A stretch of 63,414 bases of DNA, filler included, from 8 parts of 8 records of this genome joined end to end with filler, not necessarily neighbours in it; one strand, 5' to 3'; shown: positions 36,918 through 48,480, counted from the whole stretch's first letter. The notes: generated by a model from the letters alone, not told the origin. A program made the numbers and translations.

Positions 36918-37991
36918 ATGCGCTTTGATATGAAAAGGAATTACTACGAAGACATAAAGCTGTTCCGGCATCGAAGCGCCTTTTTCTGGTACCTGGCCCT
37001 GATAGTGTTGTGCCTGCTTGCGCCGACGATTTTGGACGAATACCTGCTTTCGCAACTGACATTTGTCTGCATGTATTCCGTCGCCACGCTAGGCCTGATG
37101 CTGCTGACCGGGTACACCGGGCAGATATCCCTGGGGCATGCCGCTTTCTTTGCAATCGGCGCTTACACGTCTTCCATATTGACATTAAAGGGAGTTCCAT
37201 TTCTTCTGGCCTTGCCTGCTTCAGGTATAACGGCCGGAGTCTTGGGGATTTTAATCGGGCTTCCCGCTTTAAGGCTTTCCGGACACAACCTGGCCATCGC
37301 CACCATGGGCTTTGCCTTTATTATAGAGGAAGTATTGGTGCGATGGGAAAGCTTGACCAACGGCAACCTGGGACTAATTGTCGACCCGCCTTCAATCGGG
37401 TCTTTCTATTTTGAAACCGAGGCCAGTTATTACTACCTGGCCCTATTTGTCCTGATCATATCGGTGTTGGCGGTCAGGAACATATTACGGTCGCCCACGG
37501 GCAGGGCTTTGATTGCCATCAGGGACAGCGAGACGGCCGCCCAGGCCATGGGCGTCAACCTGGCCAGGTATAAAACCACGGCCTTTGCCTTGAGTGCATT
37601 TTTTACCGGCATAGCGGGCTGTCTTTACGCCCACAAGCTGACTTTTGTCAATCCTGAAAGCTTCACCATCATGGTCTCCATCGAGTTTCTGGCCATGATT
37701 ATCATCGGGGGATTGGGCAGCATCCACGGCGCGATTTACGGGGCGGCCTTTTTAATTTTTCTCCCGCAGCTGATCATAGTGGGCAAGGAGCATCTGCCGG
37801 CGTATATCGCCAATCAAACCGGGTTGGAGCCGGCCCTGTTCGGATTGATGATAGTCCTTTTCATTTTATTCGAGCCAATGGGATTGTACGGAAGATGGCT
37901 GAAGAGCAAGTTCTTTTTCGAAATGTTTCCCTTGTACAAAAAAGACACTTTTAAACGCGAACGCAAATATCAGAAAGCGGAAAGGCATTAA
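36918..37991 (+). CDS. livM: Branched-chain amino acid-type ABC permease
   Basis: GYTGQISLGHAAFF, GRALIAIRDSE, IIIGGLGS. Confidence 0.9.
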   Translation: MRFDMKRNYYEDIKLFRHRSAFFWYLALIVLCLLAPTILDEYLLSQLTFVCMYSVATLGLMLLTGYTGQISLGHAAFFAIGAYTSSILTLKGVPFLLALPASGITAGVLGILIGLPALRLSGHNLAIATMGFAFIIEEVLVRWESLTNGNLGLIVDPPSIGSFYFETEASYYYLALFVLIISVLAVRNILRSPTGRALIAIRDSETAAQAMGVNLARYKTTAFALSAFFTGIAGCLYAHKLTFVNPESFTIMVSIEFLAMIIIGGLGSIHGAIYGAAFLIFLPQLIIVGKEHLPAYIANQTGLEPALFGLMIVLFILFEPMGLYGRWLKSKFFFEMFPLYKKDTFKRERKYQKAERH

Positions 37992-38765
37992 ATGGCATTA
38001 CTAGAGGCTCAAGAAATTTCAGTCAGTTTCGGAGGCATCCAGGCGCTGAACCGGGTCAGTTTTGAAGTGAGGCAGGGCGAGGTTTTTTCCATCATTGGTC
38101 CTAATGGGGCGGGCAAGACAACGATTTTCAATTGTTTGAACCGTTATTACGACCTTGATGAAGGCTGTTTCGTGTTTCAGGGGCAAAACATTTCCAGGGT
38201 CAGCCCTTACCGGGTGGCCGAGCTTGGCATTGCGCGGACTTTTCAGAACATCGAACTGTTCAAGAATACCACGGTTATTGAAAACCTGCTGTTGGGGCGT
38301 CATCGAAAAAAGAAATCCAACCTTTTAACCGAGGCGATTTTTTCCGGTTCGGTCAGAAGGCAGGAGATTGAAAGCAGGGAGAAAGCCGAAATAATTATAG
38401 ACTTTTTGGACTTACAACCTTACCGGGACCAGCAGGTGGCCAACCTTCCCTATGGGGTTCAAAAAACCGTTGAGTTAGCCCGCGCTCTGGCCATGGAACC
38501 GGAAATCCTGCTTTTGGATGAACCGTCGTCAGGTCTTAACATGGAAGAAACCCAGGATCTTTTGTTCTGGATTGAAGACATCAAGGAAGAATACGGAATA
38601 ACCATTATTGTGGTGGAGCACAACATGAGGCTGGTCAAGGAAATATCCGACAGGGTCCTGGCCTTGAGCTTCGGACGGATCATCACCCAGGGCGCGCCAA
38701 AAAATGTTTTGGAGCACCAGGAAGTTATGGCCGCTTATTTAGGAGAAGAAGGTGACTTTGCTTAA
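37992..38765 (+). CDS. livG: ABC transporter ATPase
   Basis: GPNGAGKTT, ARTFQN, LPYG.QK, LLDEP, AYLG. Confidence 0.9.
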   Translation: MALLEAQEISVSFGGIQALNRVSFEVRQGEVFSIIGPNGAGKTTIFNCLNRYYDLDEGCFVFQGQNISRVSPYRVAELGIARTFQNIELFKNTTVIENLLLGRHRKKKSNLLTEAIFSGSVRRQEIESREKAEIIIDFLDLQPYRDQQVANLPYGVQKTVELARALAMEPEILLLDEPSSGLNMEETQDLLFWIEDIKEEYGITIIVVEHNMRLVKEISDRVLALSFGRIITQGAPKNVLEHQEVMAAYLGEEGDFA

Positions 38766-39519
38766 AATTAGCAACGTGGAGTCCTTTTACGGCCCGATAA
38801 TGGCTATAAAAGGCGTTTCTCTTGCAGTGGAAAAAGGCGAGGTTGTGACGATCCTGGGAGCTAACGGCGCCGGGAAAACCACAATTTTGAAAACAATTTC
38901 AGGAGTAATGGAGCCGGAAAAAGGCGACATTGAATTTGAAGGTGAAAGGATCGAAAGAAAGGCGCCGGACAAGATAGTCCGGATGGGAATTTCGCATGTT
39001 CCCGAAGGACGGGAAGTGTTTCACGACCTTAACGTCAGAGAAAATCTGATGATGGGGGCTTATTTAAGGTCCGACCGGGCGGGCGTGCAAGAGGATATGA
39101 AAAAGGTGTGCGAATATTTCCCTGTGCTTAACCAGCGTTCCGGACAGTTGGCCGGGGATATGAGCGGCGGGGAGCAACAGATGCTGGCCATTGCCAGGGC
39201 CATGCTTGCCAGGCCGAAGCTGCTTCTGCTTGATGAACCATCGCTGGGGCTGGCGCCGTTTCTGGTCAAGGAAATCTACCGCATCATCAGCCGGATCAAC
39301 AAGGAGCAGAAAACCACGATCCTGCTGGTTGAACAGAATGCGATAATGGCGCTTTCCCTCGCCCATCGTGGATATGTGCTTGAACTTGGAAGGATAGTTC
39401 TGGCCGATACCACGGAAGAGCTGATGGAAAACGAGGACGTAAAAGAATTTTATCTCGGTGTGTCTGCGGATAGCATCCGGGGAACCAAAAGATGGAAGAG
39501 AAAAAAGAAATGGCGGTAA
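38752..39519 (+). CDS. livF: ABC transporter ATPase
   Basis: GANGAGKTT, VPEGR, SGGEQQMLA, DEPSLGLAP, LVEQN. Confidence 0.9.
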   Translation: MTLLKISNVESFYGPIMAIKGVSLAVEKGEVVTILGANGAGKTTILKTISGVMEPEKGDIEFEGERIERKAPDKIVRMGISHVPEGREVFHDLNVRENLMMGAYLRSDRAGVQEDMKKVCEYFPVLNQRSGQLAGDMSGGEQQMLAIARAMLARPKLLLLDEPSLGLAPFLVKEIYRIISRINKEQKTTILLVEQNAIMALSLAHRGYVLELGRIVLADTTEELMENEDVKEFYLGVSADSIRGTKRWKRKKKWR

Positions 39520-41354
39520 AAAACAAGCAGAGCGCCGGACCCAGGCGCCAGGATTCAAATACCATCCCCAGGCTTTTCCTGCAGCGCGTTGAGGAATGGA
39601 CCGACCGGCCGGCTATGCGCCAAAAGGATTTCGGCCTGTGGAAAGATATTACCTGGCTGGAATTCGGGGAAAAGTCAAAGCGAACGGCATTGGGTCTCTA
39701 TGATTTGGGTTTGCGTCAGGGCGACCGGGTAGCGATCATCAGCGAAAACAATCCCGAATGGCTTTACACGGACATGGGAACCCAGGCGGCGGGCGGTGTG
39801 ACCGTGGGCATTTATACGACCGATTCGCCTCAGCAGGTGGAATATGTGGTCGGCCACTGCGGGGCGAAGTTTTTTGTCGCGGAAAATGAAGAACAGCTCG
39901 ACAAAATTCTTGAAGTCCGGGAACGCCTGCCCGATCTTGAAAAGGTTATTGTTATCGACCTGGAAGGCCTTCGCCACTTCCAGGATCCCATGGTCATCAG
40001 CTTTGAGGAGCTAATGAACCTGGGCAAACAGGTTGATGAACGGCAGCCCGATCTTTTTGAAAAGCTCATAAGCGACACCCGGCCGGAGGACACCGCTTTT
40101 TTGATATACACATCCGGCACGACCGGCCCGCCCAAGGGAGCTATGATTTCTCACAATAACGTGCTGCTGGGCATGGATTCTTTTTTCAATGTTTTTCCCG
40201 GATATCTGACGGATGAAATACTCACATTTCTGCCTCTTTGCCACATCGCCGAACGGGGGGTGTCGGGCATGGGGCTGCTTATGAACGGGTATATCATCAA
40301 CTTTGCCGAGGATATGAGTACTGTGCCCCAGGACATTCGCGAGATTTCTCCAACCATATTTTTCGCCGTGCCCCGTATTTGGGAGAAATTTTATTCCGGT
40401 ATGATACTCCAGCTTAAGGATTCGACCCGCCTGGAGCAACTTGCCTTTAAATGGGCCATGAACGTGGGAAGGAAAAAATCGGATTACACTCTTAACGCCC
40501 GGGTTCCTCCCTGGAGCATCAAAGCCATGTTTAAAATCATGGACTTTCTGGTTTTAAAGAATCTCAAAAAGTTTGTCGGGCTGGAAAGGGTCAGATTCTG
40601 CCTGTCCGGGGCCGCGCCTATTTCACCGGACCTGCTGCGTTTCTATCACAGCCTGGGTATCGATATCCGGGAAGTATACGGTCAGACGGAATCGACAGGC
40701 GGAGCCACCATTCATTATGACGGAGATACAAAATTCGGCACCGTCGGTAAACCCATTCCCGGCGTGGAGGTCAAGATCGCTGACGACGGCGAGATTCTTA
40801 TGAAAGGGCCGAATGTATTCAAGGGCTATTACCGGGATCCGGAAAAGACGGCCGAAACGGTCAAGGGCGGCTGGCTGCACACCGGCGACGTTGGGCGTAT
40901 TGACGAAGATGGTCACATTATCATTACAGACCGTAAGAAAGATATCATCATAACTGCCGGCGGGAAAAACATTACACCTTCGGAAATTGAAAACCAGCTC
41001 AAGTTCAGCCCGTATATAAATGACGCCGTGATTATCGGGGACGGACGCAAATTCTTAACCGCACTGATAATGATCGATGATGAGAATGTCATGAAGTACG
41101 CCCAGGAACAGCGGATTCCATTTACAACTTATGCCAGCTTGACCAAGCGTCCGGAAATAATAAAGCTGATAGAGCGGGAGGTTGAGGAGGTCAACAGGAA
41201 TTTTGCCCGGGTGGAAACTGTAAAAAGATTCCGCTTGATCGACATACAACTGACGACGGACGACGAGGAGATAACTCCGACCATGAAACTGAAGCGGTCG
41301 TTTATCAGCAAGAAATTCAAGGAAGAGATAGACTCGATGTATAAGGCGGGTTAA
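39492..41354 (+). CDS. Long-chain acyl-CoA synthetase (AMP-forming)
   Basis: YTSGTTGPPKG, YGQTE, GWLHTGD, DRKKD, TPTMKLKR. Confidence 0.92.
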   Translation: MEEKKEMAVKNKQSAGPRRQDSNTIPRLFLQRVEEWTDRPAMRQKDFGLWKDITWLEFGEKSKRTALGLYDLGLRQGDRVAIISENNPEWLYTDMGTQAAGGVTVGIYTTDSPQQVEYVVGHCGAKFFVAENEEQLDKILEVRERLPDLEKVIVIDLEGLRHFQDPMVISFEELMNLGKQVDERQPDLFEKLISDTRPEDTAFLIYTSGTTGPPKGAMISHNNVLLGMDSFFNVFPGYLTDEILTFLPLCHIAERGVSGMGLLMNGYIINFAEDMSTVPQDIREISPTIFFAVPRIWEKFYSGMILQLKDSTRLEQLAFKWAMNVGRKKSDYTLNARVPPWSIKAMFKIMDFLVLKNLKKFVGLERVRFCLSGAAPISPDLLRFYHSLGIDIREVYGQTESTGGATIHYDGDTKFGTVGKPIPGVEVKIADDGEILMKGPNVFKGYYRDPEKTAETVKGGWLHTGDVGRIDEDGHIIITDRKKDIIITAGGKNITPSEIENQLKFSPYINDAVIIGDGRKFLTALIMIDDENVMKYAQEQRIPFTTYASLTKRPEIIKLIEREVEEVNRNFARVETVKRFRLIDIQLTTDDEEITPTMKLKRSFISKKFKEEIDSMYKAG

Positions 41355-41421
41355 CCGCTGCCGGCATTGCCGGTGGTTCTGTTCCATAAACATGCAATTA
41401 AACCAGAGAAAGGGGATTAAG

Positions 41422-42471
41422 ATGAAAAGGGCGAGTATCTTATCTTTATTGTTCCTGGTGTTGTGTTTTGGCTTTCATGGCCAGGCTGCGGCAGAGGTCG
41501 GGGTGACAGACACGGAAATCGTGATCGGTTCCCACCAGGACCTGAGCGGACCGATTGCCGGTTGGGGAACCCAGGTCAAGATGGGACTGGAAATGAAGGC
41601 CAAGGAGATAAACGACGCCGGCGGAATTCACGGCCGGAAGATCCGTTTAGTGATCGAGGACAACGCGTACGATCCTAAAAAGGCGATCATGGTCACCAAC
41701 AAGATGATTAGCCGGGATAAGGTGTTCTGTTTTATCGGAAACATGGGCAGCCCGACCGCAGGCGCCACCAAGCCCATTATCTCAAGGAAAAAGATTCCAC
41801 AGATGTTTCCTTTGACCGCGGCTTCTCTTTTCTTTGATCCTTATGACAGGTACAGCTTCGGCGGATGGGTTCCGTATTACGATCAGGCCAGAATTCTGGT
41901 CAAATACTTTTATGAAAAAAAGAAATACGACAGGTTCGGTCTTATGTACCAGGATGACGAAATGGGCGCCATTATGAAAAAAGGCGTTGAAGATCAATTG
42001 GCGGTTTATAATCTCAAATTGACCGCTGCTGAATCCTATAAGAGAGGCGCCACTGAATTCAGTTCTCAGATCACCAAGTTGAAAAAGGCTAATGTTCAAA
42101 TAGTTGTGTTGGCCACTGTTATCAGGGAGACCGTGGGCGCCTTGAAGGAAGCCAACAAGATAGGGTGGAAGGTTGACATGTGCGGTATGTCGCCGGCTTA
42201 TACTATTTATGTCCCCATGCTGTGCCAAAAAGCGGGATTTTCTCCGGACGGTTTTTATTCAACCGGGCAGACTCCATACCCCTATGAAGACAGCTCCAGG
42301 GAATTTGTCCGCAACTGGTTTAAAAAGCATAAGGAAATGTTTGGAAAGCCGCCGGATCTTCCCACCGCGGCCGGTTATTCAGCTCTGGAGTTTTTCGCCA
42401 CGGCTGCGGAAAAATGCGGCAAGGACCTGACCAGGGAAAAACTGATCGACGCCCTGGAAGATTTCAATGAA
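41422..42471 (+). CDS. Liv-type ABC substrate-binding protein (3' truncated)
   Basis: Signal peptide, GVTDTEIVIG..DLSGP, INDAGGIHGRKI. Confidence 0.9.
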
Positions 42472-42571
42472 NNNNNNNNNNNNNNNNNNNNNNNNNNNNN
42501 NNNNNNNNNNNNNNNTTAATTAATTAANNNNNNNNNNNNNNNNNNNNNNNNNNNNNNNNNNNNNNNNNNNN
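42472..42571. other. Artificial contig spacer
   Basis: N44-TTAATTAATTAA-N44. Confidence 0.99.
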
Positions 42572-42642
42572 GTCTTTTGAGTGCCATGAAAAGCACTCTA
42601 AAACAGGTAGAAATAAAATTTATTTAAGGTTATTACAAATAT

Positions 42643-43998
42643 TTACATTGATCCTTGTTGGCCTTCCATCACTTCATTGAAGATATGCCAAATGCGTTCG
42701 ATCCAATCGATGTGCTCGGTTTTCATGAGGCATGATCGAAGGCAGGCGGCATGCCCCTGATCCCATTCTATATCCCAGGTCTCTTCCAGCATTGTCTTTG
42801 GAAAGGTTGCAACGGCTAAATGGAGATTTTTTTTGGCAGCGGCTTCGAACAGCTCTTTTGAACGGGCAGAGATTTCGCTGGCCTTTTCCAACCTGGGTGC
42901 CCAGATCACTATATCCAATTCCGGTGGAAACACGGTCAAAAATCGTTGATCGGAACGGATTTTTTCAAACAGCGCAGTGGCGGCCCTGCGGCAATTTTCC
43001 AAATCATAAGAAAATTTTCCATTGGGGTCTAAGGGAAACATCCGCATGGTTGCCCATAGGGCGACAGCCGATGCGCCGGCACGAGAACACTCCAGGCTGA
43101 TTTCGCCAAGGTGAAGATCCTCGGAACTGAAATAGGTATAAGGCGATTCGTGCTTATACATTTTTCCTACCGATGGATCTTTGAATAGAACGCAGCCGCA
43201 ACCATAGGGCTGGAGACCGTGTTTATGGGGATCGATCACGATGGAATCCGCTTCTCCAATACGGTCGAAAGCCGATCTTGCATGCGTATCCAGATTGCCG
43301 GCGAGGAAAAAATAGCCGCCATAGGCGGCATCCACATGGAGCCGAAAATCGTATTTCGACTTCAGATCGAGAATTTTAGGCAGGGGATCAACGGATCCAG
43401 TCGCGGTGGTTCCCAAGGTTGCGACAACGGTGCCGACATCTCCTCCTTTTAACACCTCTTCAAGTGCATTTAGATCCATTTTGGCCCTGCTGTCGCAGGG
43501 AATGGACTGAAAGGGAAGCTGCAGGACATCAGATATCCGGTTGTGGGTATAGTGCGCCTGCTCGGAGGCGACAACCTTTTTTCCGGGGTTCATGCGTCCG
43601 GCGATCCACAAAGCCTCCAAATTGGCCATCGTCCCCCCCCCGCAAAGATGTCCCAGATGGGTCTCCCATCCGAACATCCTGGCAATGCCGGCAACGGCTT
43701 CCTTTTCCATTGCCGAACTGGCACGCCCACCATCCAGTGCATGGTTGTTGGGGTTGATCCACATGGCAAGCATATACGCCAGCCGGGCAATGGAATGGGG
43801 TGGTTTCAGCATTTGTCCCGCATATTGCGGTTGATGGTAGGGGTAATTGTCTTGCATCTTTTCGGCGACTTCCAGCAGTACGGTTTCCAGTGCGGACATA
43901 TCCACGTCTGTATCGCTCTCGGGCAATTCTTTGAATCCCTCTTCCAGGCGTTTTATCGCTTCGGACAAAATGCTCAGACTTTGTGCTTCAAATCCCAT
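42643..43998 (-). CDS. Group II PLP-dependent decarboxylase
   Basis: GGTMANL, GTTATGSVD, HVDAAYGG, DPHK (PLP lysine). Confidence 0.9.
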   Translation of the reverse strand: MGFEAQSLSILSEAIKRLEEGFKELPESDTDVDMSALETVLLEVAEKMQDNYPYHQPQYAGQMLKPPHSIARLAYMLAMWINPNNHALDGGRASSAMEKEAVAGIARMFGWETHLGHLCGGGTMANLEALWIAGRMNPGKKVVASEQAHYTHNRISDVLQLPFQSIPCDSRAKMDLNALEEVLKGGDVGTVVATLGTTATGSVDPLPKILDLKSKYDFRLHVDAAYGGYFFLAGNLDTHARSAFDRIGEADSIVIDPHKHGLQPYGCGCVLFKDPSVGKMYKHESPYTYFSSEDLHLGEISLECSRAGASAVALWATMRMFPLDPNGKFSYDLENCRRAATALFEKIRSDQRFLTVFPPELDIVIWAPRLEKASEISARSKELFEAAAKKNLHLAVATFPKTMLEETWDIEWDQGHAACLRSCLMKTEHIDWIERIWHIFNEVMEGQQGSM

Positions 43999-44031
43999 CA
44001 GTTTTTCCTCGTCGGAATCATTTCTTCCAAT

Positions 44032-44826
44032 TTATCCCTTGGATCCCAACCGTAGCCCGCCATGGATGAAAAATACTTCTCCGGCCAATGCTTCGTTACG
44101 GTAGATGTCTCCCACCAGCTGGGCGACTTCCTGGGGTTCTATCAGGCGCCCTATCGGTACCTGTGACAGGATTTTGTCCAGCGCCTTTTGATTCATTCCT
44201 TTTACCATATCGGTACCCACGTACCCGGGTGCGACAGCGGCGCAGCGGAGCCTGTCCGAGAGGCCTCGCCGAAAAAATTCGGCCGTAATGACTTTGGGCA
44301 TGACCGACATGGCCGCCTTTGTTGATGCATAGTTGATCTGGCCGGCTGTTCCCAGAGAGCCGGTGGAGGAGACCAGACAGATCAATCCTTTGCAATTGTG
44401 ATTGATCATCTGTTCGGCGCATTCACGGACTGTTAAAAAGACTCCGGTCAGATTGATATCCAGGACCAACTGAAAATCCCCCAGTGACATTTTTCGTGTT
44501 ACCTGACCCGTCTCCCGATCCGGGGAAACCATCATGCCATCTTTGATTACTCCGGCGAATGGCGCCACCAAGTTTATTTTTCCGAATCTTTCGATGGCCG
44601 CGGTGGCCAAATTGACGGCATCCTCTTCCTTGGTGACATTGGTTACCACGGGTAGAACTTCGCCGCCAAGCTCCTTTAGCGAGCTTTCGGCGCTGTGTAA
44701 CAGTTCTTCGGAGATATCGGCAATAACAACTTTGCCGCCGTTTTGTACCCAGTATTTGGCGATCTCCAGACCAATTCCCCCGCCTCCTCCGGTAATCACG
44801 GCTACAGAATCCTTGATTTCAAGCAT
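44032..44826 (-). CDS. Short-chain dehydrogenase/reductase (FabG-like)
   Basis: TGGGGGIG, NLTG, YASTK catalytic motif. Confidence 0.9.
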   Translation of the reverse strand: MLEIKDSVAVITGGGGGIGLEIAKYWVQNGGKVVIADISEELLHSAESSLKELGGEVLPVVTNVTKEEDAVNLATAAIERFGKINLVAPFAGVIKDGMMVSPDRETGQVTRKMSLGDFQLVLDINLTGVFLTVRECAEQMINHNCKGLICLVSSTGSLGTAGQINYASTKAAMSVMPKVITAEFFRRGLSDRLRCAAVAPGYVGTDMVKGMNQKALDKILSQVPIGRLIEPQEVAQLVGDIYRNEALAGEVFFIHGGLRLGSKG

Positions 44827-44898
44827 TGCTTCTCTCCATTTATTATTGGAATCATACTATTCGGATAGTACAGGAAATTTTAAGCGATTTTTAGGGTG

Positions 44899-47010
44899 CT
44901 ATAATATGATTCGTGCATCCACGGCAAACAGTTTTTTGTGGACCCCTTTGATGGGATTCAGATCAATTTCCCTGATCTGTGGAAAATCACTGACAAGAAA
45001 ACCAAGACGCTGAATGTAGTCCGCCAGCACATCGATGTCCATGCCAGGCTCTCCGCGGAATCCTTCGAGGACCGCAAAACTTTGAATGCCCCGGATCATG
45101 CGAAGGCTCTCCTGGGAAGAAAGGGGAGCCAATGCAAATTTCACATCCTTCAGGACTTCAGCGTAAATTCCCCCCAGCCCGAACATGATCAGGTGGCCGA
45201 AATCACCCTCTCGACTCGCACCTAAAATGACCTCCAGGCCGCTGATCATGGGTTGAATCAAAACGCCTTCAGCATCGGGAATCTCCAACAGCACTTTCCA
45301 GGCGGAAAGGGCCTCGGCATCGTTTCCGATGTCGAGTTTGACGCCGCCCACATCGGTTTTGTGCAAGGGGCCAATCACTTTCATTACGAGAGGATAACCC
45401 ACCTTCTGGCAACCCTCAATCAGTTGGTTTTCCTTAAAAATCTCAATCTGTTCCGGCAGCCGGAATCCAGCGGCCCGCAAAATGCTGGTGACGGTCTCCG
45501 GATCCAGGGCTCCGCTTTTCTGACCCAGCGCTTCGTCGATGGCAGCTCGATTATACCCTTGCGGAGCCGATGATGCGTCTTCGGGGGGACTCCAATTGAC
45601 CACCTTACCAAGGGCCATTCCAAGCTCTACTTCATCCGGAAAGTAGACATTTCCTTGATCGATGAACGCCCCGATTTTTTCTTTAGAGGTGATGACCGAA
45701 CTGAACATGGGAATAACGGGAATGGGGCTGCCCTGCATGGCCGCGGATATCTCCCGGTAAATTTCGGCATTGTCCGAAAGACCTGAGTCGCCCAACAAAA
45801 AGGTGATCACATCGATGCGATCGCGTTCGTTTTCTCCTAAAACGCGAATGATCTCTTTGACCTGATCGGCATTTCGGGATGGCAGGGCATCGATGGGATT
45901 CAGCAACGAACTTTCCGGCGGTAATATTTTGGCCAGTTCAACGAGGGTTATCTCCTGAAGTTGGGGCAGCTCGAATCCTTGACGGTTCAACTCGTCGGAG
46001 AGCATGACGCCCGGCCCTCCGGCATCGGTGATGATACAGGCCCGTTTCCCTTTAAGACGGCCCTTTGCAGCGGCCAGTACACAAGCGACGTTGATCAGAT
46101 CGCCCCGTCCCTGTACACGATTGATGCCGGCTTTTTGAAACAATGCCTCAACGGCGGTGTCGCTGGTGGCCATGGCACCGGTGTGGCTGGCCGCTGCCCG
46201 TTCTCCGGCCGCAGTGGAACCGGATTTGATACCCACCAGGATGCAGCCTTTGTTGACAAGGCTTCGGGCATGGTGAAGCAATTTGGCCGGCTTTTTAACG
46301 GATTCCATGTAAAGCATCAAAATAGGGGCTTTGTCCGGTCCGTAATTTTGATCGTACAACGCTAACAGGTCTTCTACGCCCATCTGCACAGAATTGCCCA
46401 GATTGATCACTGTTCCGAAAGAGAGTCCCCTGCTGGAGGCCCGCTCCATCACGTAATCCACCGTTGCCCCTGAACCGCTGATGAAATCAACGGCACCGCC
46501 GGGCAGTTGGGGAACAATACCGGCAAATTTCCCTTTGTAGGTCTGAGTAAGAAAGCCGGAACAGTTGGGGCCGATCAGGGCCATTTGGGCGTCATCGGCA
46601 ATTTTGCACATCTTCTGTTCCACTTTTTTTCCGGCCTCGTCTTTTTCGCCGAATCCGGAGGTCAGAACAATGGCGGCACCGGTTTTTCGAGCGGCCAATT
46701 CCTCGATTGCCGACAATGCGAATTTTGACGGAATGGCCAGGATGGCAAGGTCCGGCGCTTCAGGGAGTGCGTCAATACCTCGATAGGTGGGAAGGCCCAG
46801 TATGCTCTCGGTTTTGGGGTTCACCGCCCACAAACGGCCGTTGTAGCCGTTTTCCTTGATGTTTTTGATCACCCTGCCTCCGGGCTTTAGCGGATCGTTG
46901 CTGGCGCCGATGACAGCGATGCTTCCGGGTGAAAAAAGATTCCGGTAAATGTCGGAGGAATTGCCGGCTGTCTGTGTTGCGTTCATTTGAGTCGTCATGA
47001 TACCATCCAT
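44899..47010 (-). CDS. ADP-forming acetate/acyl-CoA ligase (alpha-beta fusion)
   Basis: IAVIGAS, GPNCSG, ASHTGAMA phospho-His, ATP-grasp HKTDVGGV and DLNP. Confidence 0.9.
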   Translation of the reverse strand: MDGIMTTQMNATQTAGNSSDIYRNLFSPGSIAVIGASNDPLKPGGRVIKNIKENGYNGRLWAVNPKTESILGLPTYRGIDALPEAPDLAILAIPSKFALSAIEELAARKTGAAIVLTSGFGEKDEAGKKVEQKMCKIADDAQMALIGPNCSGFLTQTYKGKFAGIVPQLPGGAVDFISGSGATVDYVMERASSRGLSFGTVINLGNSVQMGVEDLLALYDQNYGPDKAPILMLYMESVKKPAKLLHHARSLVNKGCILVGIKSGSTAAGERAAASHTGAMATSDTAVEALFQKAGINRVQGRGDLINVACVLAAAKGRLKGKRACIITDAGGPGVMLSDELNRQGFELPQLQEITLVELAKILPPESSLLNPIDALPSRNADQVKEIIRVLGENERDRIDVITFLLGDSGLSDNAEIYREISAAMQGSPIPVIPMFSSVITSKEKIGAFIDQGNVYFPDEVELGMALGKVVNWSPPEDASSAPQGYNRAAIDEALGQKSGALDPETVTSILRAAGFRLPEQIEIFKENQLIEGCQKVGYPLVMKVIGPLHKTDVGGVKLDIGNDAEALSAWKVLLEIPDAEGVLIQPMISGLEVILGASREGDFGHLIMFGLGGIYAEVLKDVKFALAPLSSQESLRMIRGIQSFAVLEGFRGEPGMDIDVLADYIQRLGFLVSDFPQIREIDLNPIKGVHKKLFAVDARIIL

Positions 47011-47104
47011 TTGTTTCAGATGTGGTTCCCCTGAAGGGGGCCCGCCTTCCGTATCTAGGAAAGCGGGATTGTAGACATCACGGGGTTGATTGATTCGCTT
47101 CCAA

Positions 47105-48480
47105 CTACAGCAAACAGCGTCCGGCGTTAAACGCCTGGTAATTGGCGCCCCAAAGAACGGGAACCGGTGTGACGTCCTTTAACGCCTGGAGCCAGAGCGC
47201 ATCGGGAATGTTGTCAAAGGGGGCGATCTTGCTCAATGCACCCATCATCACAACGTTGGCAATGCGACCTGAAGTATCGCCAATCTCGATTGCCTTGGCA
47301 AGCACATCAACTTCAATCAAGCTGTATCCGTCTGCAGCTTTTTTAATCGCATCGGTCGTCGGGTATTGCTCCGCCGTTATGGCGGGCGGCACGACGATGG
47401 TCTTGGCGGTTAACAAGGTTCCACCGGGCTTGAGCAGTTCCAGAAATCCCGGTCGCAGGACCTCGCTCATTTCCATGGCGATGAGGCAGTCCGCCTTTCC
47501 GGGCATCAGGACCGGGCTGAATACGTTTCCGCAGGAGAATGTACTGATGACGGGCCCGCCCATCTGTGCCATGCCGTGGGTTTCACCCTTGACGATATTG
47601 TACTCACCATAGCCGGCGAGAAATGCCAGCTGGGTGAGCACACGCCCGAAGAAGAGATTGCCCTGTCCGCCAACCCCCCGAATGGCCAGGGTCAGTTGTT
47701 CGGGAAGCGCATCCCGACGCACGGAGGCCGACGGAATGGCCGGCGGTTCATCGAACGTCGGTGCACTGGATTTTTGCATCTCCTCTTCGTTCAAAAGCTC
47801 CATGGCATCGAAGGGACACATCTGCATGCAGGCCTGACCCTGCTCGCCGCATCCGGAACAGAGGTTGTTGAAGGTGGGGGACTCCTCCGGTTCAGCCTCG
47901 ATACCGGGACAGATCAAACAGGTATGGCATTTCTGGCATTTATCCAGGTTGATTTTCAACCGGATTCCCTTTTTTACCGGTGGAACTTTTTTGATACAAC
48001 TTCCTCGCACAACGAGGGTCGAAAACTGGCCCTCTTCCGCATCTTTCAAGGCATTTTTCAAGGATTTTTGCAATTCCTTCCGGTTATATGCATCGGCGAC
48101 TACGGTTTTGGCACCTGTCGATTCCAAGGCCTTGACCAGGTCGAATGCACAGGATTCCCCTGCCAGGTTAACCGGTGATGTGGGAGCCGGTTGGCCGCCG
48201 GTCATGGCCGTCCAGTAGTTGTCCAGAATGATCTTGACGCCGGGTACATTGCGGAAAACGGTATTCCGGGTGGCATCCATGCCGCTGTGGCACTCCGTGC
48301 TGTCCCCAAGAACGGAAAGGCACTTGGCAGCCATTTCCGGCCGGGAGAGAACGAAGCCGGTTCGTTTGCTTTCGCTGGCCCCCATGGCAACCCCCGTGTC
48401 CAGGGCACCCATGAAGTACAGCAGCGAGTTGCAGCCGATGTCACCGAAAATCGCCTCGATTTTGCCCCGTTTGCGCAATT
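47105..48480 (-). CDS. Indolepyruvate ferredoxin oxidoreductase alpha(C-terminal)-beta fusion (5' truncated)
   Basis: GDIGC, GDS...LDNYWTAMTGGQP, ferredoxin Cys cluster, then GVGGQG and ETHGMAQMGG of IorB. Confidence 0.85.
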
